Source: Bacteroidia bacterium (GTDB lineage: Bacteria; Bacteroidota; Bacteroidia; JADZBD01). From it: DNA of 64,000 bases. Location of the stretch: assembly GCA_020054095.1 (NCBI GenBank), contig JAGVMA010000063.1, positions 1,397 through 65,396 on the forward strand, read 5' to 3'. How positions within the stretch are numbered: the first letter of the stretch is position 1; every line of letters starts with the position of its first letter. Under the pieces are notes generated by a model that saw only the letters and a program-made list of their open reading frames with translations, ran no database searches and had not been told where the DNA came from. This document shows, in pieces, positions 31,214 to 40,640 of this stretch. A program made the position numbers and the translations under genes.

Positions 31214-31254
31214 AAAAAATCTTGCTGCAACAAAAAATGTAGCAAGATTTTTTT
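31214..31254 (+). terminator. Intrinsic terminator after the amidase gene
   Basis: aaaaaatcttgctgca ... tgtagcaagattttttt. Confidence 0.75.
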
Positions 31255-31265
31255 ATTTTTATTGA

Positions 31266-32144
31266 ATGCAAAAATATTTTGCGTTTCTGTTTTTCACGAT
31301 TTACTGTTTAGCTACAAATGCTCAGGAAGTTTTAAATGCCCCATTCACCATTTTAGGGCCTCGCGATGCAATGATTTATACCGATTTGAAATCGGCATAC
31401 AAGGAAAAAGAAACAGTTTATAAGTTACAGTTAGAAGATGCAGTGATTGATACTGCAAAGCTGTTTAAGAAAATTAATCTCTTAAAAAATTTGCAAGTAT
31501 TTTCTGTGCAAGCGAATAACATTGGCTATCTGCCCGAAGAATTTAGTGGGCTTAGCAGTTTAATTTATTTCAGAAGTAAAAACAACCCACTTAAGTACTT
31601 GCCAAAAAAAATTGGCGATTTGCAAAACTTAATGTACTTAGAATTATTCGACACACATTTTGATTCGCTGCCGATGGAACTTGGTTACTTGCAAAAATTA
31701 AAAATATTTCATCTTCAAAACAATCTTACCGATACACTAAAAGTTTCGTTTGCGCTTGGCTATCTCAGTTCATTGCAAGACTTAATGATTTTCAATTCGT
31801 TTATTGACACACTTCCTCGTGATTTAGGAAATTTAAAATCAATAAAACGAATTACACTGGCAAAATGTGGCCTAAAAAAAATTCCGAAAACGATGGGTAA
31901 CTTACAAACCTTGGAACATCTGGTGCTGGATAAAAACAATTTAACCTATCTACCCTCAGCTATTTGGCATTTAAAAAAACTTCGCTACTTATCGTTGAAA
32001 GACAATTATTTCAATAAGATACCTGATGACATTTGCTTCCTTACTTCGCTCGAAACTTTAGATTTAAGGGGAAACAATTTATCGCCTTACGATGTGGAAA
32101 TATTAAAAGCGCTTTTGCCGCTTGGCTGCTTGGTGCTTTATTAA
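31266..32144 (+). CDS. Exported leucine-rich repeat protein
   Basis: Signal peptide; tandem ~23-aa LPxxIGxLxxLxxLxLxxNxL repeats. Confidence 0.88.
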   Translation: MQKYFAFLFFTIYCLATNAQEVLNAPFTILGPRDAMIYTDLKSAYKEKETVYKLQLEDAVIDTAKLFKKINLLKNLQVFSVQANNIGYLPEEFSGLSSLIYFRSKNNPLKYLPKKIGDLQNLMYLELFDTHFDSLPMELGYLQKLKIFHLQNNLTDTLKVSFALGYLSSLQDLMIFNSFIDTLPRDLGNLKSIKRITLAKCGLKKIPKTMGNLQTLEHLVLDKNNLTYLPSAIWHLKKLRYLSLKDNYFNKIPDDICFLTSLETLDLRGNNLSPYDVEILKALLPLGCLVLY

Positions 32145-32145
32145 T

Positions 32146-34077
32146 TTAAAGTTTAGATTGCAATTGCTCCCAATTTTTCATTTCAACCTCTAACTGTTTT
32201 TTCGCATCTTCGTATTTTGCAAATGCCGCTTTATCGTTTATCACATCTTGATACTGCGATGGATTCATCAACTTATTGTCAAATGATTTTATTTCAGTTT
32301 CGAGGCGAGCAATTTCTTTTTCTGATTTTGAAATTTGGTTTTGCAACTGCTTTTGCTCTTTATCTTTTTCTTTTCGCTCTTCAGCAGATTTATTTTTATC
32401 TGCCTCTGCTTTCAATTGCTCATCCGTTTTTTTATTCGCAAACGGATTTTGTTCCAATTGCTTAAACGATTCAATTTTACGAGATGTTAAATATTCATTC
32501 ACATCGCCTATATATTGTTTCACATTTTTATTTTTAAATTCAAATGTGCGATTGCTCATTCCGGATAAAAACTCTCTATCGTGCGATACAATAATTAATG
32601 TACCATCGTAATTCATAAGAGCATTTTTCAAAACTTCTTTTGACCGAATATCCAAGTGGTTAGTGGGCTCATCGAGTACTAACAAGCTATACGGCTCAAG
32701 TAAAAGCTTACACATTGCCAATCGGTTTTTTTCACCACCCGAAAGCACTCTTGCTTTTTTATCAATATCATCGCCACCAAATAAAAACGAACCTAATAAA
32801 TTACGAACTGATTTCCTAATATCGCCCACAGCTACTTCGTCTATCGTTTCAAAAACGGTTTTGTTTCCGTCTAAAGTTTCGGCTTGATTTTGCGCAAAAT
32901 AACCTATGTTAACATTGGCGCCAATGTTAATTGTGCCTTCGCCTTGTTGCTCACCGGCAATTAATTTTATAAATGTAGATTTCCCTTCACCGTTTCTGCC
33001 TACAAAAGCAACTTTATCTCCACGCTCTATTACAAAATCCACATCTTTAAAAATCACTTTTTCGCCATACTGTTTTTTCACGCCAATTGATTCTACCACA
33101 ATTTTTCCTGAACGTGGTGCAGGAGGAAATTTGAAGTGAATTTTTGCTGAGTCATCATCGTCCACTTCTACCACTTCAAGTTTATCTAACTTTTTAATGA
33201 GCGATTGTGCAAAGGCGGCTTTGTCTTTTTTAGCACGAAACTTATCAATAAGCAATTGTGTTTTTTCAATGTATTTATCCTGATTTTTTTTTGCCGCCTC
33301 TTGTTGTTCTTTACGCTCTTTACGGAGCACTAAATATTTTGTATAGTTTGCCTTGTAATCGTAAATACGACCCATTGTAATTTCAATGGTGCGAGTTGTT
33401 ATGTTATCAAGAAATGCTTTGTCGTGCGAAACCATTACTACGGCTCCATAATAATCTTTTAAAAATTCTTCGAGCCAGGTAATTGATTCTATATCCAAAT
33501 GGTTAGTGGGCTCATCGAGTAAAAGTATATTGGGTTTTTGTAAAAGTAGTTTTGCTAATTCTACACGCATACGCCAGCCACCACTAAATTCATCCATCAG
33601 TCTTGTAAAATCATTTCTATCAAAGCCCAAGCCAAGCAAAGTGGTTTCTATGTCGGCATCTATAGAATAACCACCAAGCATATTCATTCGCTCGCCTAAA
33701 TCGTGCAAATCAGTTAGCAGTTTCATATAAGCATCGCTTTCGTAATCGGTACGGGTTTCAAGCTGATGATTAATGTTATTGATTTTACTTTCAATAATTT
33801 TTATTTCGGTGAATGCCGATGCTGCTTCGTCAAAAACTGTTTTACCAAGATTATGACTCATGTCTTGTGGCAAATATCCGATGGTGCAATTGTTTGGTTT
33901 TGAAACTTCGCCAGTATCGAAATTTTGCAAACCCGATAAAATTTTAAGCATGGTAGATTTTCCTGAACCATTTTTACCGGCCAAACCAACTCTGTCGCGC
34001 TGGTTAATTAAAAACGAAACTTCTTCAAACAGCGGCTCACCGCCAAAACTCATAGTTAAATTACTTACCGAAATCAT
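32146..34077 (-). CDS. ABC-F family ATPase
   Basis: Two ABC cassettes (GKNGSGKS/FSGGW, GRNGEGKS/LSGGE), LDEPTNHLD twice, no TM, C-terminal coiled coil. Confidence 0.95.
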   Translation of the reverse strand: MISVSNLTMSFGGEPLFEEVSFLINQRDRVGLAGKNGSGKSTMLKILSGLQNFDTGEVSKPNNCTIGYLPQDMSHNLGKTVFDEAASAFTEIKIIESKINNINHQLETRTDYESDAYMKLLTDLHDLGERMNMLGGYSIDADIETTLLGLGFDRNDFTRLMDEFSGGWRMRVELAKLLLQKPNILLLDEPTNHLDIESITWLEEFLKDYYGAVVMVSHDKAFLDNITTRTIEITMGRIYDYKANYTKYLVLRKERKEQQEAAKKNQDKYIEKTQLLIDKFRAKKDKAAFAQSLIKKLDKLEVVEVDDDDSAKIHFKFPPAPRSGKIVVESIGVKKQYGEKVIFKDVDFVIERGDKVAFVGRNGEGKSTFIKLIAGEQQGEGTINIGANVNIGYFAQNQAETLDGNKTVFETIDEVAVGDIRKSVRNLLGSFLFGGDDIDKKARVLSGGEKNRLAMCKLLLEPYSLLVLDEPTNHLDIRSKEVLKNALMNYDGTLIIVSHDREFLSGMSNRTFEFKNKNVKQYIGDVNEYLTSRKIESFKQLEQNPFANKKTDEQLKAEADKNKSAEERKEKDKEQKQLQNQISKSEKEIARLETEIKSFDNKLMNPSQYQDVINDKAAFAKYEDAKKQLEVEMKNWEQLQSKL

Positions 34078-34082
34078 GGGCG

Positions 34083-34118
34083 CAAAAGTAATAATAAACT
34101 CATAAAGCGCTACATTTG
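34083..34118. promoter_or_regulatory. Back-to-back -7 elements: TACTTTTG (minus, 34083-34090) and TACATTTG (plus, 34111-34118)
   Basis: Each lies 5-6 nt from the ATG of a divergent gene (ABC-F; DUF983 at 34125). Confidence 0.6.
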
Positions 34119-34124
34119 CAGCAC

Positions 34125-34490
34125 ATGGAGTTTAGAAGATTAGTGATATGTGTTTTAAAAAATAAATGCCCTAATTGTCAAGTGGGAAATTTTTTCTCGT
34201 CATCGGTATTTAGCATAAAACATTTTGCTGAAATGAATAAAAAGTGCGAGCAATGCGGTTTTGATTTCAAACAAGAGCCCGGCTTTTACTTTGGAGCAAG
34301 TTATGTAAGTTACGCAATGCAAGTAGCTATTTTTTTAGGTCTCTATTTCGGGATGATTGTATTTTACCATCTTCCTATTACAAGTTTTATAATTGCAGCA
34401 ATAGTTTTACAACTGTTTCTGCTACCTGTTATTTTTAGAGCATCGCGCTTAATTTGGGTAAGCTTATTTGCCGATTTTAAAAAGAAGTAA
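34125..34490 (+). CDS. DUF983 family protein
   Basis: CPNC..CEQC, EPGFYFGASYVSY, two TM helices; ATG at 34125 preferred. Confidence 0.85.
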   Translation: MEFRRLVICVLKNKCPNCQVGNFFSSSVFSIKHFAEMNKKCEQCGFDFKQEPGFYFGASYVSYAMQVAIFLGLYFGMIVFYHLPITSFIIAAIVLQLFLLPVIFRASRLIWVSLFADFKKK

Positions 34491-34492
34491 AA

Positions 34493-35503
34493 TCAAATCC
34501 CTTTGATTCGCTGCCATAACGATGATAGCCCCGACATACGTGCCTTACGCCAATCGCCTTTTGAAATTTTTAAAGTCCCGTCTGCTTGTGGTTCCAACAA
34601 AAACTTAAAAACAAAACTCGCTTGTTTATTATCCCAGCCACCCATTTGCCCAAACCGTATATCATTAAAATAAAGTTTACCGCCTTCGGATGTAATGATG
34701 TAATATCCTTTTGAAAATTTAATCAGCTTTTGCAATTGGTTATCCGTAGTATATGTGTTTATTAAATTTCGTTGATTAGGAAAAAAAGTAAAATCAATTG
34801 TTTCATTTTTGTCGAGCATTGAGCGATAACCAACAAAATAACCAGTATCGGTTTCTGCCAGATGACACCAAAGAATATTATTAAAAGGTGTGGGAAAAGA
34901 CATAGAGCGATTAGTTTTCACGCCAAGCAACTCCAACTGATTATCAAATTTAGCTTTTGTGCTGTATTGATTAATGACAGTGAAAAGCAGATAGATGCTG
35001 CTTATAGCAATTCCAATGTAGTTCCATTTTTTACGCCTGTTGTTATTACTGCGTGCAATCATAACCATGATAAGGCAAAAAGCAAATGGCAGTGTATATA
35101 ACGGATCAACAATAAAAATACTATTTATGTCTATCCGGTAATTGCTAAAGGGCAAAAACAAAGGTGTGCCGTAACCTGTAAATGCATCAAGAAGCGGGTG
35201 AGTGAAAAGCGACCAGAAAAAAAGTTTTGTCCATTCAATTTTGCTAACCGTTTTATTTTTTGAAAATCGGTGAAGTAACAAACCTAAAAGCGGTGCAATT
35301 ATAAATGCAAATAGTAGCGAATGTGAATAACCCCTGTGCACAAACAAACCATCTACCGAATTAAAAAAAGGATTGAGTAAAACGTCTAAATCAGGAATGG
35401 TGCCGCCTACTGCGCCCCAAAGCAATGATTTGTTACCAATTTTTTTACCCAGCACCGCCTCGCCACATGCGGCACCTAAAACTATTTGTGTTATCGAATC
35501 CAT
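34493..35503 (-). CDS. Membrane-bound metal-dependent hydrolase (YdjM-like)
   Basis: MDSITQIVLG, PDLD, HRGYSHS, THPLLDAFT, IFIVDPLYT. Confidence 0.88.
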   Translation of the reverse strand: MDSITQIVLGAACGEAVLGKKIGNKSLLWGAVGGTIPDLDVLLNPFFNSVDGLFVHRGYSHSLLFAFIIAPLLGLLLHRFSKNKTVSKIEWTKLFFWSLFTHPLLDAFTGYGTPLFLPFSNYRIDINSIFIVDPLYTLPFAFCLIMVMIARSNNNRRKKWNYIGIAISSIYLLFTVINQYSTKAKFDNQLELLGVKTNRSMSFPTPFNNILWCHLAETDTGYFVGYRSMLDKNETIDFTFFPNQRNLINTYTTDNQLQKLIKFSKGYYIITSEGGKLYFNDIRFGQMGGWDNKQASFVFKFLLEPQADGTLKISKGDWRKARMSGLSSLWQRIKGI

Positions 35504-35513
35504 TTTTCAATTG

Positions 35514-35538
35514 CAAAGATATGTTTTGATTACATTTG
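35514..35538. promoter_or_regulatory. Back-to-back -7 elements: TATCTTTG (minus) and TACATTTG (plus)
   Basis: TAnnTTTG on both strands between the divergent hydrolase and DUF2461 genes. Confidence 0.55.
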
Positions 35539-35558
35539 GAATCACAAATACAAATGCT

Positions 35559-36221
35559 ATGATTGAAAAAAGCACCATCGGTTTTTTAAAAGCCATAAAA
35601 ACAAATAACAATAAAGAATGGTTTGATAAAAACAAAGACAAATATCTGGCTGCAAAAGAAAACATTGAAAACAATGTTGCTCTTATTGCGAAAGAAATGG
35701 CAAAATTTGAAAAAGGAATGGCGGATATAAATCCTAAAAAATGTGTTTTCAGGATTTACCGAGATGTGCGCTTTTCAAAAGACAAACGACCTTACAAAAC
35801 AAACTTGGGTGCAAGTTTAAATCCCGGTGGCAAGCGTGATATGCAAGGCGGTTATTACTTGCATATAGAACCAAGTAAAAGTTTTTTGGCGGGCGGTGTT
35901 TACATGGCCGAAACGCAACAGGTTAATGCCATAAGGCAAGAAATTGATTACAACCAAAAAGAATTTTTGAAAATTACAGGCGCCACTGATTTTAAAAAAT
36001 ATTTTAAAACACTTGATGCTGAGGATAAATTAAAAGCTACGCCTAAAGGTTATGACAAAAATCATCCACTGATAGATGTTTTACAAAACAAGCATTTTAT
36101 TGTTATGCACTATATGAAAGATGATTTTTTAGTACATAAGGACTTTGCAAAAAAAACTGCAATAATTTTCAAAGCCATGCTGCCGCTTAACTTGTTTTTA
36201 AGGCGCGCACTTGACTTGTAA
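35559..36221 (+). CDS. DUF2461 (TIGR02453) family protein
   Basis: NNNKEWF, FRIYRDVRFSKDKRPYK, YYLHIEP; true start likely ATG 35559 rather than 35373. Confidence 0.9.
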   Translation: MIEKSTIGFLKAIKTNNNKEWFDKNKDKYLAAKENIENNVALIAKEMAKFEKGMADINPKKCVFRIYRDVRFSKDKRPYKTNLGASLNPGGKRDMQGGYYLHIEPSKSFLAGGVYMAETQQVNAIRQEIDYNQKEFLKITGATDFKKYFKTLDAEDKLKATPKGYDKNHPLIDVLQNKHFIVMHYMKDDFLVHKDFAKKTAIIFKAMLPLNLFLRRALDL

Positions 36222-36226
36222 TAGGA

Positions 36227-37078
36227 TTAACGGTGCCACATATCTTCTTCAAAAAGAAAAATGTTTTCTTTTATTTTATCTGCCTCTAGCAGAGCGTCCA
36301 TGCCTTGCTTATATTGCACTATTGAACGGTCGTAAACATTACTTTCTTTATGAATAAAGCTGCTAAAAATGCGTTTTATAAATACATCATCAATAGACGG
36401 CTGTGGTGCTGTATTACCTTTCCAATACATGAGTTTTTCTTTTGCAAATAATTCGCGGCACTCGTTATAATAAATCCAAAATAACGGAGAATAGCCCCTA
36501 AAATCTCCGCTGTTAGGATCGGTTTTTTCGATTAGTGGGCAAATGCCAATGATACGCACTTCCATTACCGAACGCTTATTATCAAAGAACCATACTTCCT
36601 TAATCCAATAGCGCGTTATTTTGCTTTCGTCTATTTTCACCGGAACAATAACAGTATCCATATTGTTCGTAATTGGATTAAACTGTATTATTGTATCGTT
36701 CCACGAAAGTATTTTTGCTGCTTTTTCGGCACTAAGAGATGAGTTAAACTCATCGTCAAATGCAGGGTTGCCGTAAGCGGTAATTTTTCCGGTGTATATG
36801 CCTTTGCATATTACTTCAAACAAACTGTTAGGGCACTGGCTTGTTCCATCTAAGGGATAAAACAGTGGCTGATTTATTTTTTCGCGAACATCAATTGTGC
36901 GCCATATTGTTTTGCTCCACACAACATCGCTTTCGTTTACAAACTGATAAGGTGTGGGCTTACGTTGCTCATCAGTTAGCTGAGGGCATGGCAGTGGCTT
37001 AACTTGGTTGTTTAATACCGATTGTGCATTTGCATTACACATAACAATTGCTGCCAAAAAAAATGCTGATAGTTTCAT
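36227..37078 (-). CDS. GldN/PorN paralog (GldO-like)
   Basis: Shares WRTID.REKIN.PL, WIKE.WFFD, VRIIGICP and KESNVYDR blocks with the adjacent gldN. Confidence 0.88.
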   Translation of the reverse strand: MKLSAFFLAAIVMCNANAQSVLNNQVKPLPCPQLTDEQRKPTPYQFVNESDVVWSKTIWRTIDVREKINQPLFYPLDGTSQCPNSLFEVICKGIYTGKITAYGNPAFDDEFNSSLSAEKAAKILSWNDTIIQFNPITNNMDTVIVPVKIDESKITRYWIKEVWFFDNKRSVMEVRIIGICPLIEKTDPNSGDFRGYSPLFWIYYNECRELFAKEKLMYWKGNTAPQPSIDDVFIKRIFSSFIHKESNVYDRSIVQYKQGMDALLEADKIKENIFLFEEDMWHR

Positions 37079-37151
37079 ACAATAAAATTTTAAAAATTAA
37101 ACTGCACTTGTACTGCCTACAAGCAAGCGGGGCGATGATGTATATAAAAGC

Positions 37152-37188
37152 AAAAACCGCCCCATTCTTTTGGTGGGGCGGTTTTTTT
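37152..37188. terminator. GC-rich intrinsic terminator after gldN
   Basis: aaaaaccgcccca ... tggggcggttttttt. Confidence 0.8.
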
Positions 37189-37204
37189 AAAATTTAGTTC
37201 AGAT

Positions 37205-38092
37205 TTAGTAATGCCACATATCGTGTTCCATTACGAATAATTCATCTTTAATTCTATCGGATTCTAACAAGCAGCCCATTTGGCCCGTATATTGAACAAT
37301 GTACCTATCGTATACGTTTGACTCTTTATGAACAAAACTTGAAAATAAGCGCTTGTGGAATATGTCATCGAAAGTTCTTCGCTCAGAATCGTTATGGCGG
37401 TTAAAAATTTCGTAACGACCAAACATAGGGCGACATTGAGGGAAATACAACCAAAACAATGGCTCATAACCTCTAAAGTCACCGGTATTCATATCAATCT
37501 TTTCCTTTAACGGACAGATTCCAATAATGCGAACATCCATAACCGAACGCTGCTTATCAAAAAACCAATCTTCTTTAATCCAATAGCGTTTAATGTTTTC
37601 GGTCATTATCTCTTTCGGAACAGTTTTCATTGTCATATTACCTAATGAATCTTGTGTATAAACAGTATCCATTGTAGCAATCTTACCCTTCACTTGGTTC
37701 AACGTAAGTTCTAATTGAAACTCATCATCAAAAGCTGGTTGATCATACGCTGTAATTTCGCCCGACAATAATCCCATTTTTATAACCTTCCACAAACTTT
37801 TACGGTCGATTACCTCTTCGTTATCAGGATAGTATAATGGAAGATTAATTTTCTCACGTAAATCAATAGTTCTCCATATACGCTTACTCCACATAATATC
37901 TGCCTCACGCTCGTGAACATAAGTAATAGGCTTGCGCTTATTAATATGATCTTTTACCCAAGGATATTGCTGTGGTGGTGGCGTTTGGTTAATTACAGAT
38001 GGATTCTGTGCATTAACTGCCGGAAGCATGGCAATCATCATAGTTAACACGATGATTAACTTAGCTATTGGTTTGATGATGTTCATTATCAT
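37205..38092 (-). CDS. gldN: Gliding motility / T9SS protein GldN (PorN)
   Basis: READIMWSKRIWRTIDLREKIN, WFFDKQRS, EHDMWHY; follows gldM. Confidence 0.93.
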   Translation of the reverse strand: MIMNIIKPIAKLIIVLTMMIAMLPAVNAQNPSVINQTPPPQQYPWVKDHINKRKPITYVHEREADIMWSKRIWRTIDLREKINLPLYYPDNEEVIDRKSLWKVIKMGLLSGEITAYDQPAFDDEFQLELTLNQVKGKIATMDTVYTQDSLGNMTMKTVPKEIMTENIKRYWIKEDWFFDKQRSVMDVRIIGICPLKEKIDMNTGDFRGYEPLFWLYFPQCRPMFGRYEIFNRHNDSERRTFDDIFHKRLFSSFVHKESNVYDRYIVQYTGQMGCLLESDRIKDELFVMEHDMWHY

Positions 38093-38105
38093 GGTTTTTG
38101 GTTTA

Positions 38106-39722
38106 TTATCCTATTACTTTTAAAGAAAAGCCAGGGATAGTTCTTACAGTTCCATCAGGACCTTTTACTTTCACATTCTCTATATAAACTTTACCGCCTG
38201 TTTTCGCTTTTCCTAATATTGTTTTTTGGGCACCTGTTAGTGATCCGCTCATTGATTTCTCGGTAACCTCAATACCATTTACGGTCATAGAAATATCAAA
38301 TGATACAACATTAAATTTTAAATCAAAATCGAAGCCAACCATTTCTGCAAAAACGAAACCTGTAGCAACCAAGGCGCTTTTAGTGATGGTTAAGTTAGGG
38401 TCTGATGCCTTTTTACCAGCAAAAGATGTTACAGGATCAGGAACCGGTTTTACACGAAATTTGAACGTACCCATGCTCGTATTTTTTCCGCCTAAGTTTG
38501 CGCTCACATTAATAGTTGATTCACCGGCTTTGGTTACACGCACAGTGTATTTTCCTTTTCCACCGCTTAATGAACCGCCACTCATAGATGGCTGAATTTT
38601 TTCGGCAGGAACTCCAGGTACAGATATTTCAACAGGATTATCTACGCCTATGTAGAACACGTTCATTTTTGTAGGAGACACAACCGCGGCAGGACGCGCT
38701 GCTATGAATGAGCTCTTAAACGGATAAGCCGCCCAACTTCCATCGGGCTTTTTAACTTTAATTAACCCTGACCATTTTACTTCGCCTTCTGCAGTTGGTG
38801 AAATCTTATAAACGCCCACACCTCTGTCTACTTTAACTGTGGTAGAATCTTGCGGGCCCGACATTTTTCCGGTAATAGAGTCAACATCGCCCAATACGAT
38901 AACCGGATTAGATGTAGTACTGAAAGCCGCAACGAACACATCGGCTTTATACTCATCGCCTATTAAAACGTAGTTTGAACTTGCCACAACACGAGCTGCT
39001 AGCGTATCAAATTTGAAATCGGCAGCACTAATGTTTTTGAACAACAAGTTAACTGCATCGCCTTCCACGTTGCGCACATCGTTTTGCATTTTAGTTAAGT
39101 TAGCAATAGTAGCAGCTACCGGTAAGTTGTAGAAGTTATACCATTCCCAACTTACCATTTTTTCTTCCGATTGGTTGAATTTTTCGCCTAAGTTCATACC
39201 AATATTAAAATTGGCTTTTTCTTTTTCGCTTAAAAATCCAAGAACCAATTTTTTATACGTTTCAATTTTAGTTTTTAACTCGGCAGCTTTACCGGTAACA
39301 TTTGCCGGATCTTCGCCTATCATATAGTAAGTTGGCGTATCGTAATCGTCCAATTTATCAATGTTTTTTAATTGAAAAGTATCAGCTGTTTTTTGATCAG
39401 GTAAACTCTGAGCATTCATTTTGATGTCCGCTTTCAAAAGCTGAATATAAGTCACCAAGTCATCAGATGCTTTTTGAATTGCATTAGCTTTATCGTAATA
39501 AGGACGAGTTTTTTTCTCATCGTTAGCTAAAGCGGCTTCAAAAGCCGAATAAAGTATTCCATTTTTTTGTTGAGAGTTACGATTGGTTTCTTCCAAACCG
39601 GTGTTCATTACCACAAACGCATTAATAATCTCTTTAGATACGTTAAGCGCCAGTAGTGCTGTTAACACCAGGTACATCATTCCAATCATCTTCTGCCTGG
39701 GGGTTTCCTTTCCTCCTGCCAT
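38106..39722 (-). CDS. gldM: T9SS motor subunit GldM (PorM)
   Basis: MAGGKETPRQKMIGMMYLVLTALLALNVS; KMNVFYIGVDNP. Confidence 0.97.
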   Translation of the reverse strand: MAGGKETPRQKMIGMMYLVLTALLALNVSKEIINAFVVMNTGLEETNRNSQQKNGILYSAFEAALANDEKKTRPYYDKANAIQKASDDLVTYIQLLKADIKMNAQSLPDQKTADTFQLKNIDKLDDYDTPTYYMIGEDPANVTGKAAELKTKIETYKKLVLGFLSEKEKANFNIGMNLGEKFNQSEEKMVSWEWYNFYNLPVAATIANLTKMQNDVRNVEGDAVNLLFKNISAADFKFDTLAARVVASSNYVLIGDEYKADVFVAAFSTTSNPVIVLGDVDSITGKMSGPQDSTTVKVDRGVGVYKISPTAEGEVKWSGLIKVKKPDGSWAAYPFKSSFIAARPAAVVSPTKMNVFYIGVDNPVEISVPGVPAEKIQPSMSGGSLSGGKGKYTVRVTKAGESTINVSANLGGKNTSMGTFKFRVKPVPDPVTSFAGKKASDPNLTITKSALVATGFVFAEMVGFDFDLKFNVVSFDISMTVNGIEVTEKSMSGSLTGAQKTILGKAKTGGKVYIENVKVKGPDGTVRTIPGFSLKVIG

Positions 39723-39780
39723 AGTATTTTTATATTAAAATATTAGTACTAAGTTTAGTTTCGGTTAATTGAATGAATTG

Positions 39781-40575
39781 TTATTTTTTAACATTCATTG
39801 CAGATAGCATATTGCCATAAACATTATTTAAGGCAGCTAAATTGTTTGATAACTCGGCAATTTCTTGTTTATACTTTTCGGTATCGCTAACAGAGGCGCT
39901 CAAGTTACTCATCATTTTATTTATGCTTTCGTAGAATTGGGTAGAAGCTTTTAAGTTTTCTGCCGAACCTTGCAATTGCAACTCGTAAGAAGCGTTTAAA
40001 GCAGAAAGGTTTTTAGAAACTTTGTTCAGTTGCTCGCCAAAAGAAGCGCCATCATCGTTAGATAATGATAAGCCCATTAATGATTCAGCAGCTTTTGAGT
40101 ATGATGAAGATAATGAATTAACATTTTTTGCAGCTGATTTAACGCTATCTACATACTCGTTAGTAGCAACTGTAGCATTTGATATATCAGAAACTTTGTT
40201 TACTGTATCAGTCAGTCCGCGCATTCCATCGCCTAAGCTTGCTATGAGTTCAGGACCAATTTTAGCTTCTTCAAGCATTTTATCTAATGTTTCGGTAACG
40301 GATGCATCTTCTTCAATTGCTTTTTCATCGCCATGACCATCGCCATGCATGCCTGCAAGCTCCGGGTAAACTAAACTCCAATCAACTTCTTCATGTATTG
40401 GCTCAAAAGCCGAGAATATGAATATGACAGCTTCTGTACTTAGACCAATGATAAGTAGTAATCCGGCAAAAGGCCAGTGCTGAATTTTAAAAAGAGCACC
40501 CACGATAACTACTGCCGCGCCAATACCGTATAGTTTGGCCATGAAATTTTTCCACGCTTTTGTTCCTGGTTTCAT
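39781..40575 (-). CDS. gldL: T9SS motor subunit GldL (PorL)
   Basis: YGIGAAVVIVGALFKIQHW, TEAVIF, WSLVYPEL, NNVYGNMLSAM. Confidence 0.97.
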   Translation of the reverse strand: MKPGTKAWKNFMAKLYGIGAAVVIVGALFKIQHWPFAGLLLIIGLSTEAVIFIFSAFEPIHEEVDWSLVYPELAGMHGDGHGDEKAIEEDASVTETLDKMLEEAKIGPELIASLGDGMRGLTDTVNKVSDISNATVATNEYVDSVKSAAKNVNSLSSSYSKAAESLMGLSLSNDDGASFGEQLNKVSKNLSALNASYELQLQGSAENLKASTQFYESINKMMSNLSASVSDTEKYKQEIAELSNNLAALNNVYGNMLSAMNVKK

Positions 40576-40640
40576 AATTTGTAATTTTTAGAGGTTAGTT
40601 GTTTAAGGTTAACTGTTGATTTGATTTGGTTTTATTATTT

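Noticed and set aside
35373-35558. N-terminal extension of DUF2461; likewise the extended starts at 28659, 47421 and 34116
   Set aside because: Extensions overlap neighbouring genes or promoter elements; downstream ATGs match family N-termini
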